From the IMG/VR virus record IMGVR_UViG_3300033075_001711: a stretch of 64,000 nucleotides of DNA. One strand, given 5' to 3'. The notes under the pieces are model-generated. The model had not been told where the DNA came from. It worked only from the letters and a program-made list of their open reading frames with translations, and did not search any database. Position numbers and translations under genes: made by a program. Positions 35,149 through 46,234 of the stretch are shown here, in pieces. Source of the DNA: an uncultured virus (IMG/VR IMGVR_UViG_3300033075_001711) (Duplodnaviria > Heunggongvirae > Uroviricota > Caudoviricetes). Position 1 is the first letter of the stretch, and each line of letters opens with the position of its first letter.

Positions 35149-35493
35149 ATGCGTTTATTGCGAAAACACAGAAAATCTTTAGTATTGAATCTTAAAAAAA
35201 TGTTGTATCATTTTAAAAAGAATGAGCTTGAAAATTTTGCAGATACTGAAGATTGGATTAAAGTTTCAGAATATTGTTGGAATGCTGTAGAGGAAATTAA
35301 AAATTTAGGATTTAGATTTAAAGAGGTATCTAATGAAGAACCTAAAACAACATTAGAAAAACTTTACAGGTTACTGTTTAAATTTATAGCTAATTTTCAT
35401 CCTACAATGGAATTCCATGAATTTTATGTTCCTGAAACAATTCCTGAATTTTATAATATAATAGATCTTTTAGATAGTGAGAAAGATTTATGA
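35149..35493 (+). CDS. Hypothetical protein
   Basis: 114 aa ORF with AAGGAG SD. Confidence 0.7.
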   Translation: MRLLRKHRKSLVLNLKKMLYHFKKNELENFADTEDWIKVSEYCWNAVEEIKNLGFRFKEVSNEEPKTTLEKLYRLLFKFIANFHPTMEFHEFYVPETIPEFYNIIDLLDSEKDL

Positions 35494-36074
35494 ACATTAT
35501 AATTTCAACAAAATCTGATTTTCAGAAAATAACGTCAAATTATGCAGCCGCAGAATTAACTATTAAAGGATATAAAGATTCTCCAAAAGAAATTTATAAA
35601 ATAGAAGGAACACCATATTGGTTATCCATAGTTACTTCTTTTTGGGAAACGCATACAAAACCACATTTTAGAAAAACATATCAAAATAAATCTATTTTTA
35701 GTATTTCTGAATCAGATGTTAAAAATTTAATTCAAAAAGCTATAAAAGATACAAAACCAGTCAAACAAAATAATGGAGGCATTTCAACATATAGATTTGT
35801 TTATGACACAGGTAAAATTATTGGTAAAGATGCTTCTGAAAATCATGCCAGTACTCAAACTCTGACTGTTGTATGTGCTATATTAGATAAAATTCTCGTG
35901 GATGGTAAAAAAGTAAAAGATCCAAATAAAACAGTATTACATTTCATTTCTTGTTATCCTGGAAAACCGGCCGCCCAAGCTTCTTTTGATAGAACATCAT
36001 ATTTAAATTTATTAAAAATTAAAATCGCAATAAGCGTTTTAAAACAAAGAATTAATAATTATTTCTTTAATTAA
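35490..36074 (+). CDS. Possible EndoU/toxin-type ribonuclease-like protein
   Basis: H-x3-H...KSIF...DTGKIIG...LTVV...ISCYPG pattern resembles polymorphic-toxin RNase domains. Confidence 0.4.
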   Translation: MNIIISTKSDFQKITSNYAAAELTIKGYKDSPKEIYKIEGTPYWLSIVTSFWETHTKPHFRKTYQNKSIFSISESDVKNLIQKAIKDTKPVKQNNGGISTYRFVYDTGKIIGKDASENHASTQTLTVVCAILDKILVDGKKVKDPNKTVLHFISCYPGKPAAQASFDRTSYLNLLKIKIAISVLKQRINNYFFN

Positions 36075-36109
36075 GATAATAGATATAACTCATTTCAGAA
36101 ATATACAAT

Positions 36110-36757
36110 ATGTCTAACATAAAAACAGCAACAAACAACATTATAAAAATAGGAAAACTATTAGAAAAATCTAATAGTTTAATTAAAAAAGCCCAACAAC
36201 CTGTTACTTTAACAGATGTTGCTCCAGATGCTGATGATACTATGTTTAAAGATTTATCTACAGGTGTTAAATCTTTAGATGGTATTATTACTAGTATTCA
36301 AACCAACATAACAAAATTTAAACAGTCTCTAAAACAATTAGAAAATGTTCAAAAATTACATAGTTTTGTTACTAGTTTTAAAACTAGTTTAAAAACATAT
36401 TTGGCTAATTTTAATAAAGCTTTTGAGATTCTATCTTCTAAAGGTGAAGAAGAAATTAAAAAATTAAAAGGTCCAAATTCTCAATCATTTTTAAGAAAAC
36501 GATTGAATCAAGTTTTAGAAGTTTTAAAAATTGAGAGGGGATTTATAATAACTCTTTATGATAACCTTTCTAGATTAGAGGGAGATTTAGATCTTGCCCG
36601 TGGAGTTAAAAAATATAATCCTTTATCAGATATAGAGAAACAAAGATCAGACGCTAAAAAAGAGAGAATGTTGCCATATCAAAAAACAGATATTTTACCT
36701 CAAAATCAAAAAACAGATATTTTACCTCAAAATATGGATACAGTTACTTTGAGATAA
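36110..36757 (+). CDS. Helical hypothetical protein, possibly virion-associated
   Basis: 215 aa; KTA/KKA near the N-terminus; duplicated QKTDILPQN. Confidence 0.65.
   Translation: MSNIKTATNNIIKIGKLLEKSNSLIKKAQQPVTLTDVAPDADDTMFKDLSTGVKSLDGIITSIQTNITKFKQSLKQLENVQKLHSFVTSFKTSLKTYLANFNKAFEILSSKGEEEIKKLKGPNSQSFLRKRLNQVLEVLKIERGFIITLYDNLSRLEGDLDLARGVKKYNPLSDIEKQRSDAKKERMLPYQKTDILPQNQKTDILPQNMDTVTLR
36680..36733 (+). repeat. Exact 27-bp tandem duplication
   Basis: CAAAAAACAGATATTTTACCTCAAAAT x2. Confidence 0.9.
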
Positions 36758-36796
36758 TTTTTGTAATTCAAACACTTTTCCTAGAGTCATTTCTTT

Positions 36797-36829
36797 AAAA
36801 GGCAAATTTTTAACTAAATTTGCCTTTTT
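36797..36829. terminator. Bidirectional terminator between convergent genes
   Basis: AAAAGGCAAATTT...AAATTTGCCTTTT inverted repeat. Confidence 0.7.
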
Positions 36830-36895
36830 CTTATCTACATGAAGGATTCGGCAAAAATCGGTGTCTTTTTCCATATGCTTTCCTCCAACAAATAT

Positions 36896-36924
36896 GTTAT
36901 AGTATCAAACTACCTAGTTGTCAA
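36896..36924 (-). promoter_or_regulatory. Sigma70-type promoter ahead of an unlisted ~50 aa ORF (MEKDTDFCR...)
   Basis: TTGACA-17 nt-TATAAC, then GGAGG SD and ATG. Confidence 0.7.
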
Positions 36925-37594
36925 TAGACAGTTTGATTTTTATTTTTTCTATTAAAGGTTTAAAAACAAAATTGATATTTGATAAAATATATTGTTTTCT
37001 TTCTAGTTGAGTTGGTTTGTATTCAGAAATAGAAATTTTTGTTAATTTTATTCTAGTTTTAGAACTAGCTGCTTTTTCATAATGAGCGTATTTAAGAAGT
37101 TGAAGTAAACTAAATGTACCTATTTGTTTTTTAGCAACATTAATAGGCTCACCATTTTCATCAAATTGTGTGTCTTTTTTAATTTCTAAAGTTGAAACAA
37201 TAACTTCAGAATTAGGATGCCCTATATCTTTAATTTTAGGTTTCTCTTTGCTATTAGAAGTTAATTTTTCATATGTTGCAGGCAATAGGTATTCCGCAAA
37301 ACCTTGAAGATATTCTTGTGTTTTACTGGAATAATTTCCGGCCTCTACATAATATTGATCAGATCTTGAGTAATGTCTAATCCGAATCCACCTATTTGCT
37401 AACACTTTAGCTAGAATTTCTTTTCTTGCTTTACCCTCATGCCCTCTACCTTCATGGTATTTCTCGTATAGAGAATCAATTTCGGCATTAGAAAAACCAA
37501 ATTTTTCAGGTTCAGATAAAACTTCATTAATATGAAAAGTTTTTACTTCAATAATGTCTCCACGAGGACTGATAAAATAACCTTCGCCAGCCAT
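36914..37594 (-). CDS. Conserved-looking phage hypothetical protein
   Basis: 226 aa; GYFISPRG...H...PEKFG...EGKAR...WIRIR. Confidence 0.65.
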   Translation of the reverse strand: MAGEGYFISPRGDIIEVKTFHINEVLSEPEKFGFSNAEIDSLYEKYHEGRGHEGKARKEILAKVLANRWIRIRHYSRSDQYYVEAGNYSSKTQEYLQGFAEYLLPATYEKLTSNSKEKPKIKDIGHPNSEVIVSTLEIKKDTQFDENGEPINVAKKQIGTFSLLQLLKYAHYEKAASSKTRIKLTKISISEYKPTQLERKQYILSNINFVFKPLIEKIKIKLSIDN

Positions 37595-37595
37595 A

Positions 37596-38129
37596 TTAAA
37601 TATTCCTATTTTTATTATAAATGTCCAGTATATTTACAATTTTTGATCTCTCAGAAGATAATTTAAATCCTTTAGCTTTATATTCGGAATAAGCTTCCGC
37701 AACATCTTTATCAAAATTAGCATTAAAAGATGTTCCTCCTGTAATTGCTTTAGTGTCTCCTGTTTTGTAAAGAAACCATTCTCCTTTTTCCCCCCAAATA
37801 AATGCTTCTTGCTCATATTTCTTAGCTAACTGCTCTGCATGTTCAAAAGAACAATTTGGGATATAATAGGATGGTTCATCATAAACGGCTTCTGAATCTG
37901 TAGATTTCCAAACTCCTCTAACAGGAGTAAAGCCATAATTAAGATCTCGAATATCTTTACCTAAAAAAGCCGCTCGGCGTAAATTATCCTGGCTTTTTTC
38001 AACTCCTTTAAATGCTCCAACTAAAGCAAAAGATCCATTTTGAAAATGATTAAAAATTCTAGATAATCCTGAAGCATTTTTAGCCCTCTCTTCATAAGAC
38101 CCATAATGTCTAAATTTTTCAGACAACAT
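37596..38129 (-). CDS. Conserved-looking phage hypothetical protein (DUF3293-like)
   Basis: SGLSRIFNH...GAF...N...VRGVW...EPSYYIP...KYEQEAFIW. Confidence 0.55.
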   Translation of the reverse strand: MLSEKFRHYGSYEERAKNASGLSRIFNHFQNGSFALVGAFKGVEKSQDNLRRAAFLGKDIRDLNYGFTPVRGVWKSTDSEAVYDEPSYYIPNCSFEHAEQLAKKYEQEAFIWGEKGEWFLYKTGDTKAITGGTSFNANFDKDVAEAYSEYKAKGFKLSSERSKIVNILDIYNKNRNI

Positions 38130-38174
38130 AATATTTTTTCCTTTCTTTTATGTTTTTTATAAATAGTATATAAA

Positions 38175-38189
38175 GGGGCACTCTGCCCC
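38175..38189 (-). terminator. Terminator-like hairpin
   Basis: GGGGCA-GAG-TGCCCC then TTTAT, just after a stop codon. Confidence 0.55.
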
Positions 38190-38542
38190 CAACTTCTATT
38201 TTTTAAAATTTAACTCATAAAGTTGAATTAAAAATCTTCCCACATCTTTAGTAAAAGATTCATGCAAATCTACAGAAAAAGTAATTGTTTGTTTAGCTGA
38301 ACCTACTTCTGTGTATTGTGTTACATTAATTTTATTTTCATTTATTAAATGTAAAGTAAAATTACTGGTTGTGTTTTGTTTTAGAGAAACTTCAACACTC
38401 TCGGGACCTTGGGTTCTTCCCGACCTAACTTTATAAAATAAATCCATTAGGGGTTGAAAAGTTTCTAGTAATTTAACAGCTAAACTACTATATTTCTCGG
38501 TTTGACCAAGACTAGAAATTAAACCTAGTAACATCATAATTT

Positions 38543-39895
38543 CGTTCTAAAAGATTTACTCAAATTATAATTCCATTCCTGAAATTTCTAACTCATTACT
38601 TTTTTCTTGCTTCTCAGAGTCCTGTAACTCTCCACAAGCTTTAAACTCAGAGCCATCAGGCTCCTGTTTTCGGACGGAACTCGCCCTAGTTTTGCCCAAA
38701 CTACACGCCTGAGCCAAATTCTTCGCAGCGTTCAAATCACGATCCATTTCTAAACTGCATATTTCACAACGATATGTCCTCTCGGACAAATCTAATTTAT
38801 CTTTCTTATTATTACAATTACTACACAATTTAGATGAAGGATAAAATCTATCTACATATCTTACAGACCCTCCATACCAATATGTCTTATATTCTAACAT
38901 TGTCCTGAACATGCCCCAGCCCGCGTCCATTATGGACTTGGCAAGATTATGGTTACGGACCATGTTCTCTATACCTAAATCTTCTAACACGAATATTGTT
39001 GGTTTGGTTTTCACCAACAAACTAGTTATCTTATTTAACACATCTTTTCTTATATTTCTTATTTTATAATGGATCCTAGAGACAACCTTTTTAGCTTTTT
39101 CTCTATTATTAGACCCTTTTTGTTTTCTAGAAAGAAAACGCTGTGCGTGTTTTAATCTTTTCTCATATTTATTATATGTTTTAGGATTATCAAACGATTT
39201 TCCATCAGAACAAACTAATAATGTTTTTAAACCTCTATCGATGCCTAAAATTTCTGGAGGATCGTCCAGAGCCTTTGGCTCAGGAATATTGAGTTCAGTT
39301 TGAACAGACACAAAATATTTATAGTTCTCTTTTGATATAGTTAAATTAAATATTTTATGCGTTTTATGTTCAGAAAAAGGGAGATAATTCTTTTCTTTTA
39401 ATCTAACCCACCCTATTTTAGGAATCTGAATGTGAGATTCTGTTATATTTATAGGATTAACATTAGAGATTCTAAAAGATTGTTTAGATCCGTGTTTACT
39501 CTTAAATTTAGGAAACCCAGATTTTTCTTTGTTTTTGACCCGTCTAAAGAAATTTTTAAAGGCTGAGTCCAAGTCGGAGAGAGCTTCTTGAGGAATACAT
39601 TTAGAGACTTCGTAAATCCAAGGAAACTCAGATTTCTTTTTTGAACATAAAATTTTATGAAGATCATAATTAGATAAATATTTCAGTTTAGAACTATCTA
39701 ATTTATGATTTTCATAAGATTGTTTGAGGAGGTTGAGGCCCCAATTGTAGGTGAACCTTGAGGTACCGAAGGCTTTCTCGAAGAGAGAAGCCTGTTTGTT
39801 GTTGGGCCTGAGTTCGGATTTATAAGATTTGTTAATTTTCACTTATTATAATATACAAATTATTTCTCTTTTTTAACATAATAAATTTATACTTT
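38543..39895 (-). mobile_element. TnpB-only non-autonomous IS607-like element (left end approximate)
   Basis: tnpB followed by an IS607-style right end (AAGCTTGTGGAG...TTTGAGTAAATCTTTTAGAACG); no tnpA. Confidence 0.75.
38565..39842 (-). CDS. tnpB: TnpB RNA-guided nuclease
   Basis: HTH_OrfB N-terminus (FGTSRFTYNWGL), GIDRG, VLEDL, PSSKLCSNC, DRDLNAAKN. Confidence 0.95.
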   Translation of the reverse strand: MKINKSYKSELRPNNKQASLFEKAFGTSRFTYNWGLNLLKQSYENHKLDSSKLKYLSNYDLHKILCSKKKSEFPWIYEVSKCIPQEALSDLDSAFKNFFRRVKNKEKSGFPKFKSKHGSKQSFRISNVNPINITESHIQIPKIGWVRLKEKNYLPFSEHKTHKIFNLTISKENYKYFVSVQTELNIPEPKALDDPPEILGIDRGLKTLLVCSDGKSFDNPKTYNKYEKRLKHAQRFLSRKQKGSNNREKAKKVVSRIHYKIRNIRKDVLNKITSLLVKTKPTIFVLEDLGIENMVRNHNLAKSIMDAGWGMFRTMLEYKTYWYGGSVRYVDRFYPSSKLCSNCNNKKDKLDLSERTYRCEICSLEMDRDLNAAKNLAQACSLGKTRASSVRKQEPDGSEFKACGELQDSEKQEKSNELEISGMEL

Positions 39896-40499
39896 ATTTT
39901 ATGTCCAAATGTGCCAATCGGCCAATTTACAATGTTTTAAAACAAACCGCATTATTTTAAAAATTTGTTCTTTTTTAGGTAAAAGTTCAGGGAAATATTC
40001 AAGTTCATGATTAAATCTTTCTTCGATAGAAAAATCTGGATAAAGCCCTTGAATTGGAACGCCCCAACAAGTAGAATAATAAACAGTTAACAATTGTTTT
40101 TCAGGATTATGTAAATCTTCTTGAATGTAGCCACCTAAAACACGACTAATTTCAGGGTCTGTTTTAACTTCAGGAAATTTTTCAAGAATTTTACTGTAGT
40201 CATAAATAGCTATATATCCGTCTGCGCCCATTAACTTTCTCCTTTAAAATCATAAATAATAGCTTTTCCTTTTAGTTTTCCTGTATAGATCCTTTTTTCA
40301 ATGCAAACAGGTAAACCTGTTTTTCTAACCATGTATCTGGCCCACTCTAAAGCTTTTTTAATAGTTTTAGCTGTTTCAAATCCTTTAAACATAACCCCGT
40401 GTTTTAGTTTTTTAATTCGGGTATATTTTGCTAATTCAGAAAAAATAGTGTAAGAGACATGTCGTTTTGCTTTCATGTAGGTTGACCCTCCACGTTTTA

Positions 40500-40528
40500 G
40501 ATATAACACTGAGCCATCTAATTGTCAA
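40500..40528 (-). promoter_or_regulatory. Sigma70-type promoter
   Basis: CCTCTTGACA-17 nt-TATATC with extended TG. Confidence 0.7.
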
Positions 40529-42042
40529 GAGGCAACTTAAATTTTTTGTTCGGACTCTATTATAGCACGCAATTCATTTTTAAAATCAATCCAAAAAAGA
40601 TCCCACATATGATTCCATGACTTATCATATTCTTCAACAACATCATACCAGGGTTCATCTAATTTAATGTTGTCACATAAATATTCCAAAGAAATATCTT
40701 GATTTTCAAAACTAATAACTAAATCTAATTGATCAAGATGTTCATACTCTAAATTTAAATTTTCATATTTTTCTTGTAATGAGATTTTTAATGCTTCAGC
40801 AGTTTTATTTATATCTACTTCTTTTTTCACATTAAATTTAGAACTTAAATAATCTAAATCAGTGGATATTAAAAATTTAGATGTAGAAACATCTCCACGA
40901 CCTTTTCGATTCCAATTAAAACACCAGGATCCAAAACTAGAATAAATAGACACAATGCCTTGATCTTCACTATCATCCAGTAAACAAATAAACCAGTCAT
41001 GTTTTTTATGTAAAGTTATTTTTGTTATCTCACAAATTTTAAACATATCTACCTCTAATAATGATTCCAACATCATATATATTTGTTATTATTATGTTTT
41101 CTAAAGGAAACTCCACATCAACCCAATTATGATTTTTATCCAATTGAATTGATGTGGAGGGGTCTTGATTTGCTACTTTTAGTAATAATCTTTGTTGTTT
41201 CGAAATTTGAATATTTGAAACAATAGCAAATTTTTTTTCACCAAGATATTTTTCTTGATAGATTATTAAACTAAAAGATTGCATAATCTTTTCCTTAAAG
41301 ATAAATTTTTTTCAAATCTGCTAAAAGCGTGCCAAAATCAGGGTTAGTTCTTAAATTACTAAATCCACCTAAATTTTCTATAAAATGTTTCAGAGGAATA
41401 TTTTTTAATTTTGCTTCCATAGCTTCAAGTATGATAGCATCTGAATTAAGATTTAGAGGGGAGGGATTACTATTTTCATTTGTTTCGGAAACAGCCGCAT
41501 TTGATTCAGAATTTTTTTCTAGTTCTGTTTTTTGTGTGGAAAGTAGTGAAGATATTTCAGAAAAATACTCTTTAAATATTACTGTTTTTTCACTATAAAA
41601 TTTGAGAGCTTCTAAAATATCATTTCTAAATTCATTTGAAATATTTGCTGTCTTTAAAATATTTAAAGTCGTAGGATAAAAACAAGGTCGTGAAAAATTA
41701 AACTTCTCAGGCCAAGTATCCATAATCTGTATTATAGTTTCTAAATGTTTTCTATTAAATTCAGATTTAATTATGTTTGTTGGAATTTCAAGCTCTGTAT
41801 ACTCTTTACTTAATGTGATTAAATCTTGTAGTAATTTCTTGTCTACTTTAGACAAAACTGAATAATGTCTATTGTGTTTAGTATCTTTTAAACTTTGAAG
41901 TTGATTGTTATTTTTTCGGAGAATTTCTAAAACATTATTAGATCTAGTAGATCGCATTAGTTTTCCTCTAATTAAAAATTTTAAAACAATAATATAGTTA
42001 TAACTGAATATTTTTAGATATGTAAAATAAGGAAATTTTAAA

Positions 42043-42534
42043 ATGAACGCAGCTAAAATTCGTAATTTTTATTTTAATTTAAAAAAGAATGCCTGTGGTT
42101 GTGATGGTTTAGAAGATATTTATGATTCAGAAATGCCACAAGAATTAATCCCATATGCTGAAAACCAAGACACTGAAAAATCTGAAGAAAATAGTTTAGA
42201 GGCAGAAATAGATAGTTTAGAACATGAAATGGTGGGACTAGAAAAATCTGAAACTCCAGAAGATCAAATTCAAAATCAAAAACAGTCTATTGTGAGAGAA
42301 ATTAAAAAAATGTTTTTTAATTTAAATAAAATAGAAAACATGTGTTCTGAAATAAATTCAATGAAACCTGTTTTAACTCAAATTGTTATGAGTGATTCTT
42401 TTCAAGACCTAGATACTGTAATTGATGAAATAACTTCAAAAATTAATATAATGTATGATTTTACAAATAAAATGCGAGAAATTGATTCTGTTTCTGAAAC
42501 TTTAACAGAAATGTTTTTTCCTTATCCTAATTAA
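42043..42534 (+). CDS. Acidic coiled-coil hypothetical protein
   Basis: 163 aa isolated plus-strand ORF; basic leader ending KKNA then acidic body. Confidence 0.65.
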   Translation: MNAAKIRNFYFNLKKNACGCDGLEDIYDSEMPQELIPYAENQDTEKSEENSLEAEIDSLEHEMVGLEKSETPEDQIQNQKQSIVREIKKMFFNLNKIENMCSEINSMKPVLTQIVMSDSFQDLDTVIDEITSKINIMYDFTNKMREIDSVSETLTEMFFPYPN

Positions 42535-42944
42535 TGTTTTAACATTTTATAATTTTTAGTAGATATCAATTTATTTGATTTAATAGCACTAATTCCTAAA
42601 ACTCCTAGTAACAGATAATCTAAACTAGGAGTTTTTTCATTTGTAGTTACGGGTTTAAATTTTTCTAAAATTTCAGGGGCAATACATTTCCAAGTTTTGG
42701 AACAAATTAATTCATGTGTTACGGGTAAATATGTGAATTTGTAGGGGTTATTTGAAAAAAATGTTTTTTCATCATAAATATCGAAACAATTGGAAGCTTT
42801 ACGAGTAAAATATTGAGTAAGGAACGTTTCACTATGTTTAATAAACTCGTATATTCCATAGCATTCTCTATTATCTGTTTCTGTTATCCAAGAAACAAAC
42901 ACCAAATCACCTTTTTTTAATCTATTTAGGTCTATTTTTTCCAC
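42531..42944 (-). CDS. Single SH3-like module with C-terminal hydrophobic tail
   Basis: LKKGDLVFV; tail LDYLLLGVLGISAIKSNK. Confidence 0.65.
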   Translation of the reverse strand: MEKIDLNRLKKGDLVFVSWITETDNRECYGIYEFIKHSETFLTQYFTRKASNCFDIYDEKTFFSNNPYKFTYLPVTHELICSKTWKCIAPEILEKFKPVTTNEKTPSLDYLLLGVLGISAIKSNKLISTKNYKMLKH

Positions 42945-43121
42945 GTAAAACCACTTTTGTTGGAGAATTTCTAGAACAATCCTCTATAGATTTAAAAATC
43001 TTTTTATCAAAAAACATCCATCCAACTTTAGAAGACATAACAAAATAATCAGAAAACTCCATTATTTTTGTTAAATTTTCTTTGTTTGTATTCTTTTGAA
43101 TTATTTTATATTTTTTTGACA

Positions 43122-43940
43122 TCACATTTTCCAAGGCAAAACTTTAACTTTACACCCACTACTTCTAGCATGTCCGAACCCCCCACCCACTTTTTTAGCT
43201 ATCTCAGAAACATCTACACCATTCTCATCTGATCTAAAAGATAGTTTATATTCTTTTGATTTTCCATCAAAATAATATAGCACCGCAAATGGATTTTTTT
43301 GAGCTAACACATTTCCTAACTCAGAAACAAAACAAGTAGTGTTTAATACCGGAACATTATATCCTTCTAAATCTACTCTATATGCTGCTTTTAATTGAAA
43401 TTGCAACATACTATTCCTCTGCTCTACCATAGCAAAACCTTTGATTAAATAATAAGGAAAATTTGTTTTCCAACTTCTTAAAACAGCTAAATAAGAATCA
43501 AAAGTTTTTTCAACAGACATTAAATATGTAGAAATTTCATCTGAAAACTCTAGTTTCCACGCCCATAAATCTCTGTCTTCAATATATCTAATCATATCCG
43601 GAACTTTTATGTTTGGTTGGAAATATTCCCAAGCAATGTAAGCCCCCGAATGATTATTATTAAAATGAAACCCAGGATAATTTGAATAAGGGGGTCTGTT
43701 ATTACCTGAGTGGTGGTCGAGAATAGTTAAATTTCTATGTTTAATTCTCTCAAAAAGCTCTTCTTTCGGAACACTATCTAAAAAGAAAATACCTTCATAT
43801 TTTTCTAAACCTTCAACATCAGTATTTGGAACATATGGCAAATAATCCACATCATTACCATATTTAAGATATGCAGCTAACGCCGCACCCATACCATCAC
43901 AACAATCTTTATGGTAACATACTACTGTGTCATTCTGCAT
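43122..43940 (-). CDS. DHH/DHHA1 phosphoesterase (nanoRNase-like)
   Basis: YHKDCCDG, FLD, LDHH, EDRDLW, SFRS, GGGFGH. Confidence 0.9.
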   Translation of the reverse strand: MQNDTVVCYHKDCCDGMGAALAAYLKYGNDVDYLPYVPNTDVEGLEKYEGIFFLDSVPKEELFERIKHRNLTILDHHSGNNRPPYSNYPGFHFNNNHSGAYIAWEYFQPNIKVPDMIRYIEDRDLWAWKLEFSDEISTYLMSVEKTFDSYLAVLRSWKTNFPYYLIKGFAMVEQRNSMLQFQLKAAYRVDLEGYNVPVLNTTCFVSELGNVLAQKNPFAVLYYFDGKSKEYKLSFRSDENGVDVSEIAKKVGGGFGHARSSGCKVKVLPWKM

Positions 43941-44691
43941 AATTTATATTAATCTCCGGATCTAGAATAGATTTTAATTGTTCAGTTTTTTGTTTTAATT
44001 TTTCTTGAAAAACAGGTTCTTTTTTAACTTGCTCTAGTATTTTTAATAAATCATATAAAGATACGTTTTCTTTTACATAATCTTTTAATAATATTTGTTG
44101 TGCTAAATTTCTAGCCCGCTCTTCTAGTGTAGGCAAAAATTTAGCTATGTCTTCTGGATGTAACGTAGGTAAATATTCTTTATTACATTCAAAAATCATC
44201 CCATTTAAACTAGGGGTGCTATCAAAATTATTTAATGCTTTAGTCCAAACTTTATATCTACGTTTCCAGGTACGGTAATTAATCCCTTTTGGGCACTCTA
44301 TATTAGAAATATATTTGTAATCTTTTACTATAGAGTATCCATACCAAATATCTTCAAAACGTTTAAATTCTGTCTGTAACATACCTAAAAATTTATTTTC
44401 TTGAGCTAAAGGCAATACAAGTATTTTACAATTTAATTTATAAGGAAATGTTTTTGTTTTTGTTTGTTGAAACATTTCCTCTAAAATTTGAATATGTAAT
44501 CTAGTGTTTGCACTAGGTAAATTTCTAAATGTGTTTGTATCATAAGCCAAACTATACCGAACAGAAAAAGTGTTACAATAAATTTCATAGCTAATATCCA
44601 CAACACTTTTTCTGAATTCGTTAATTACATCATTTATTTTAAAAATGTTTGGTGTTGTAAAAATAAAACCATTAGGAATTTTTATTGACAT
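43930..44691 (-). CDS. Hypothetical protein
   Basis: 253 aa ORF coupled to its neighbours. Confidence 0.65.
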   Translation of the reverse strand: MSIKIPNGFIFTTPNIFKINDVINEFRKSVVDISYEIYCNTFSVRYSLAYDTNTFRNLPSANTRLHIQILEEMFQQTKTKTFPYKLNCKILVLPLAQENKFLGMLQTEFKRFEDIWYGYSIVKDYKYISNIECPKGINYRTWKRRYKVWTKALNNFDSTPSLNGMIFECNKEYLPTLHPEDIAKFLPTLEERARNLAQQILLKDYVKENVSLYDLLKILEQVKKEPVFQEKLKQKTEQLKSILDPEININYAE

Positions 44692-44982
44692 CTCTAACCA
44701 CTTTTAACATATTTTCATAAGTATTTACTATTTCTTTAGTAGCATTATCATAGAGAGTTTCAAATTCTTTTATATCTGAAATTTCAACATATTTTTCATT
44801 AGATAATTGTTTTAGCTCTGTTTGTTTTTGAACTTCTATTTTCTCTCTCCATAAATCTAAAACAATTTTAAAAAATCCAGGATTTTTAGATTCATATTCT
44901 AAAGCTAACATTAGGGATAGATGTTGATTAAAACTAGTATTTAGACTGATTTTAATATCTTCATATAATTTTTTCATTATTT

Positions 44983-46218
44983 TTACCTCTTTCGAATTAC
45001 ACAGCCTAGTGTAACAGGTTCGTTATCTACTATATCACCTACAGAACTGAACACAACATCCGATCTTAAATCTTTAACTGCTTCAAAAACTATTTGTTTA
45101 AATTCTCCTGAAGTAGGTTCAAATTTATGATCATCATGTCTTTTATCATTTTCTTCAAAACCATAATATTTATTAAAATTTTTATTTGGGACTGTAATTA
45201 CAATAGAACCAAAATCCATTTTACAAAGATTTTTAAGTAATTTATATGCTTCTTCTAACTCATTATGTTCTAATACTTCAGTTAAAATAATATCTACTTT
45301 TCCTGAAATATTTTGTAATGAATCTAATAAAATAACATTCTCTTCTTTCTTTGACTCTAATTTTTCTTGCAATTTATACATGTCCCTATCATATGCAAAA
45401 TAAAAATTTGGACATTTACGAGCCAAATAAAAATAATTCCCTTCCCCACACCCAAAATCTAAAATGTTATTAACAAAATTTAAATTAGATTCAACATATT
45501 TTTGTCTAGCTAATAAAGTATTTCCAGATACAAGAGAAATTTTATATCTACCTGATTTCTCTAATACGGATTTATTGCTTTCAAACTCTTTTCCTGATTT
45601 AAAGAAATGAGTTTTAAACATATATCTAACAAAATATGGGGGGTCAATAATCTCCAAACATCGCATATATTTTTTAATTGCTTCAGTATCAATATACTCT
45701 GCATTATATTGAGTTCCTACTGCATAAATAAGAAAAAGTAGTGTAAAATTTAGAAGCTCATAAATACCTTGTGTTGTTGAAATTGTTACCTCATAGTTGT
45801 GAAAAACAATTTCTTTGTAATTTATATCAAATTGATTTTCAAAATGCTTCTTAAAAATCTCCAAAGTTTTTCTTTTAATATCTAGAATAGGAAATTTAAT
45901 ACTGTAATTACAGCCCTCAATATCCTCATCTATTTTTTGTTTAAACGCAGAAGCCAATAACTCAGTAATAGACGAAATCGCCGCCATAGGCGAGTTATAT
46001 CTTGTTTTATTCATGTACTCAAAAGTTTCTTCTGAGTTTTCTCTAAAAGAAATCTCATTAGCAGCATCTTTGAAATATAGTAAATATTTTGAATTGTCTT
46101 TATTATACAAACCAAAAACATTACCTTTTCTTACTGGTTTAACAACCATTCCTGAGCTAGGGTTTTTTCTAATAATAAAAGATAAATTTGTATTGTTAGT
46201 TTCTAGAATTGTTAACAT
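44983..46218 (-). CDS. hen1: Hen1-like RNA 2'-O-methyltransferase
   Basis: N-terminal NLSFIIRKNP ligase-activating region, LDFGCGEG SAM motif, TEVLEH, TVPN, RHDDHKFE; directly after pnkp. Confidence 0.85.
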   Translation of the reverse strand: MLTILETNNTNLSFIIRKNPSSGMVVKPVRKGNVFGLYNKDNSKYLLYFKDAANEISFRENSEETFEYMNKTRYNSPMAAISSITELLASAFKQKIDEDIEGCNYSIKFPILDIKRKTLEIFKKHFENQFDINYKEIVFHNYEVTISTTQGIYELLNFTLLFLIYAVGTQYNAEYIDTEAIKKYMRCLEIIDPPYFVRYMFKTHFFKSGKEFESNKSVLEKSGRYKISLVSGNTLLARQKYVESNLNFVNNILDFGCGEGNYFYLARKCPNFYFAYDRDMYKLQEKLESKKEENVILLDSLQNISGKVDIILTEVLEHNELEEAYKLLKNLCKMDFGSIVITVPNKNFNKYYGFEENDKRHDDHKFEPTSGEFKQIVFEAVKDLRSDVVFSSVGDIVDNEPVTLGCVIRKR

Positions 46219-46234
46219 CTAAACTTTCTCCTTT

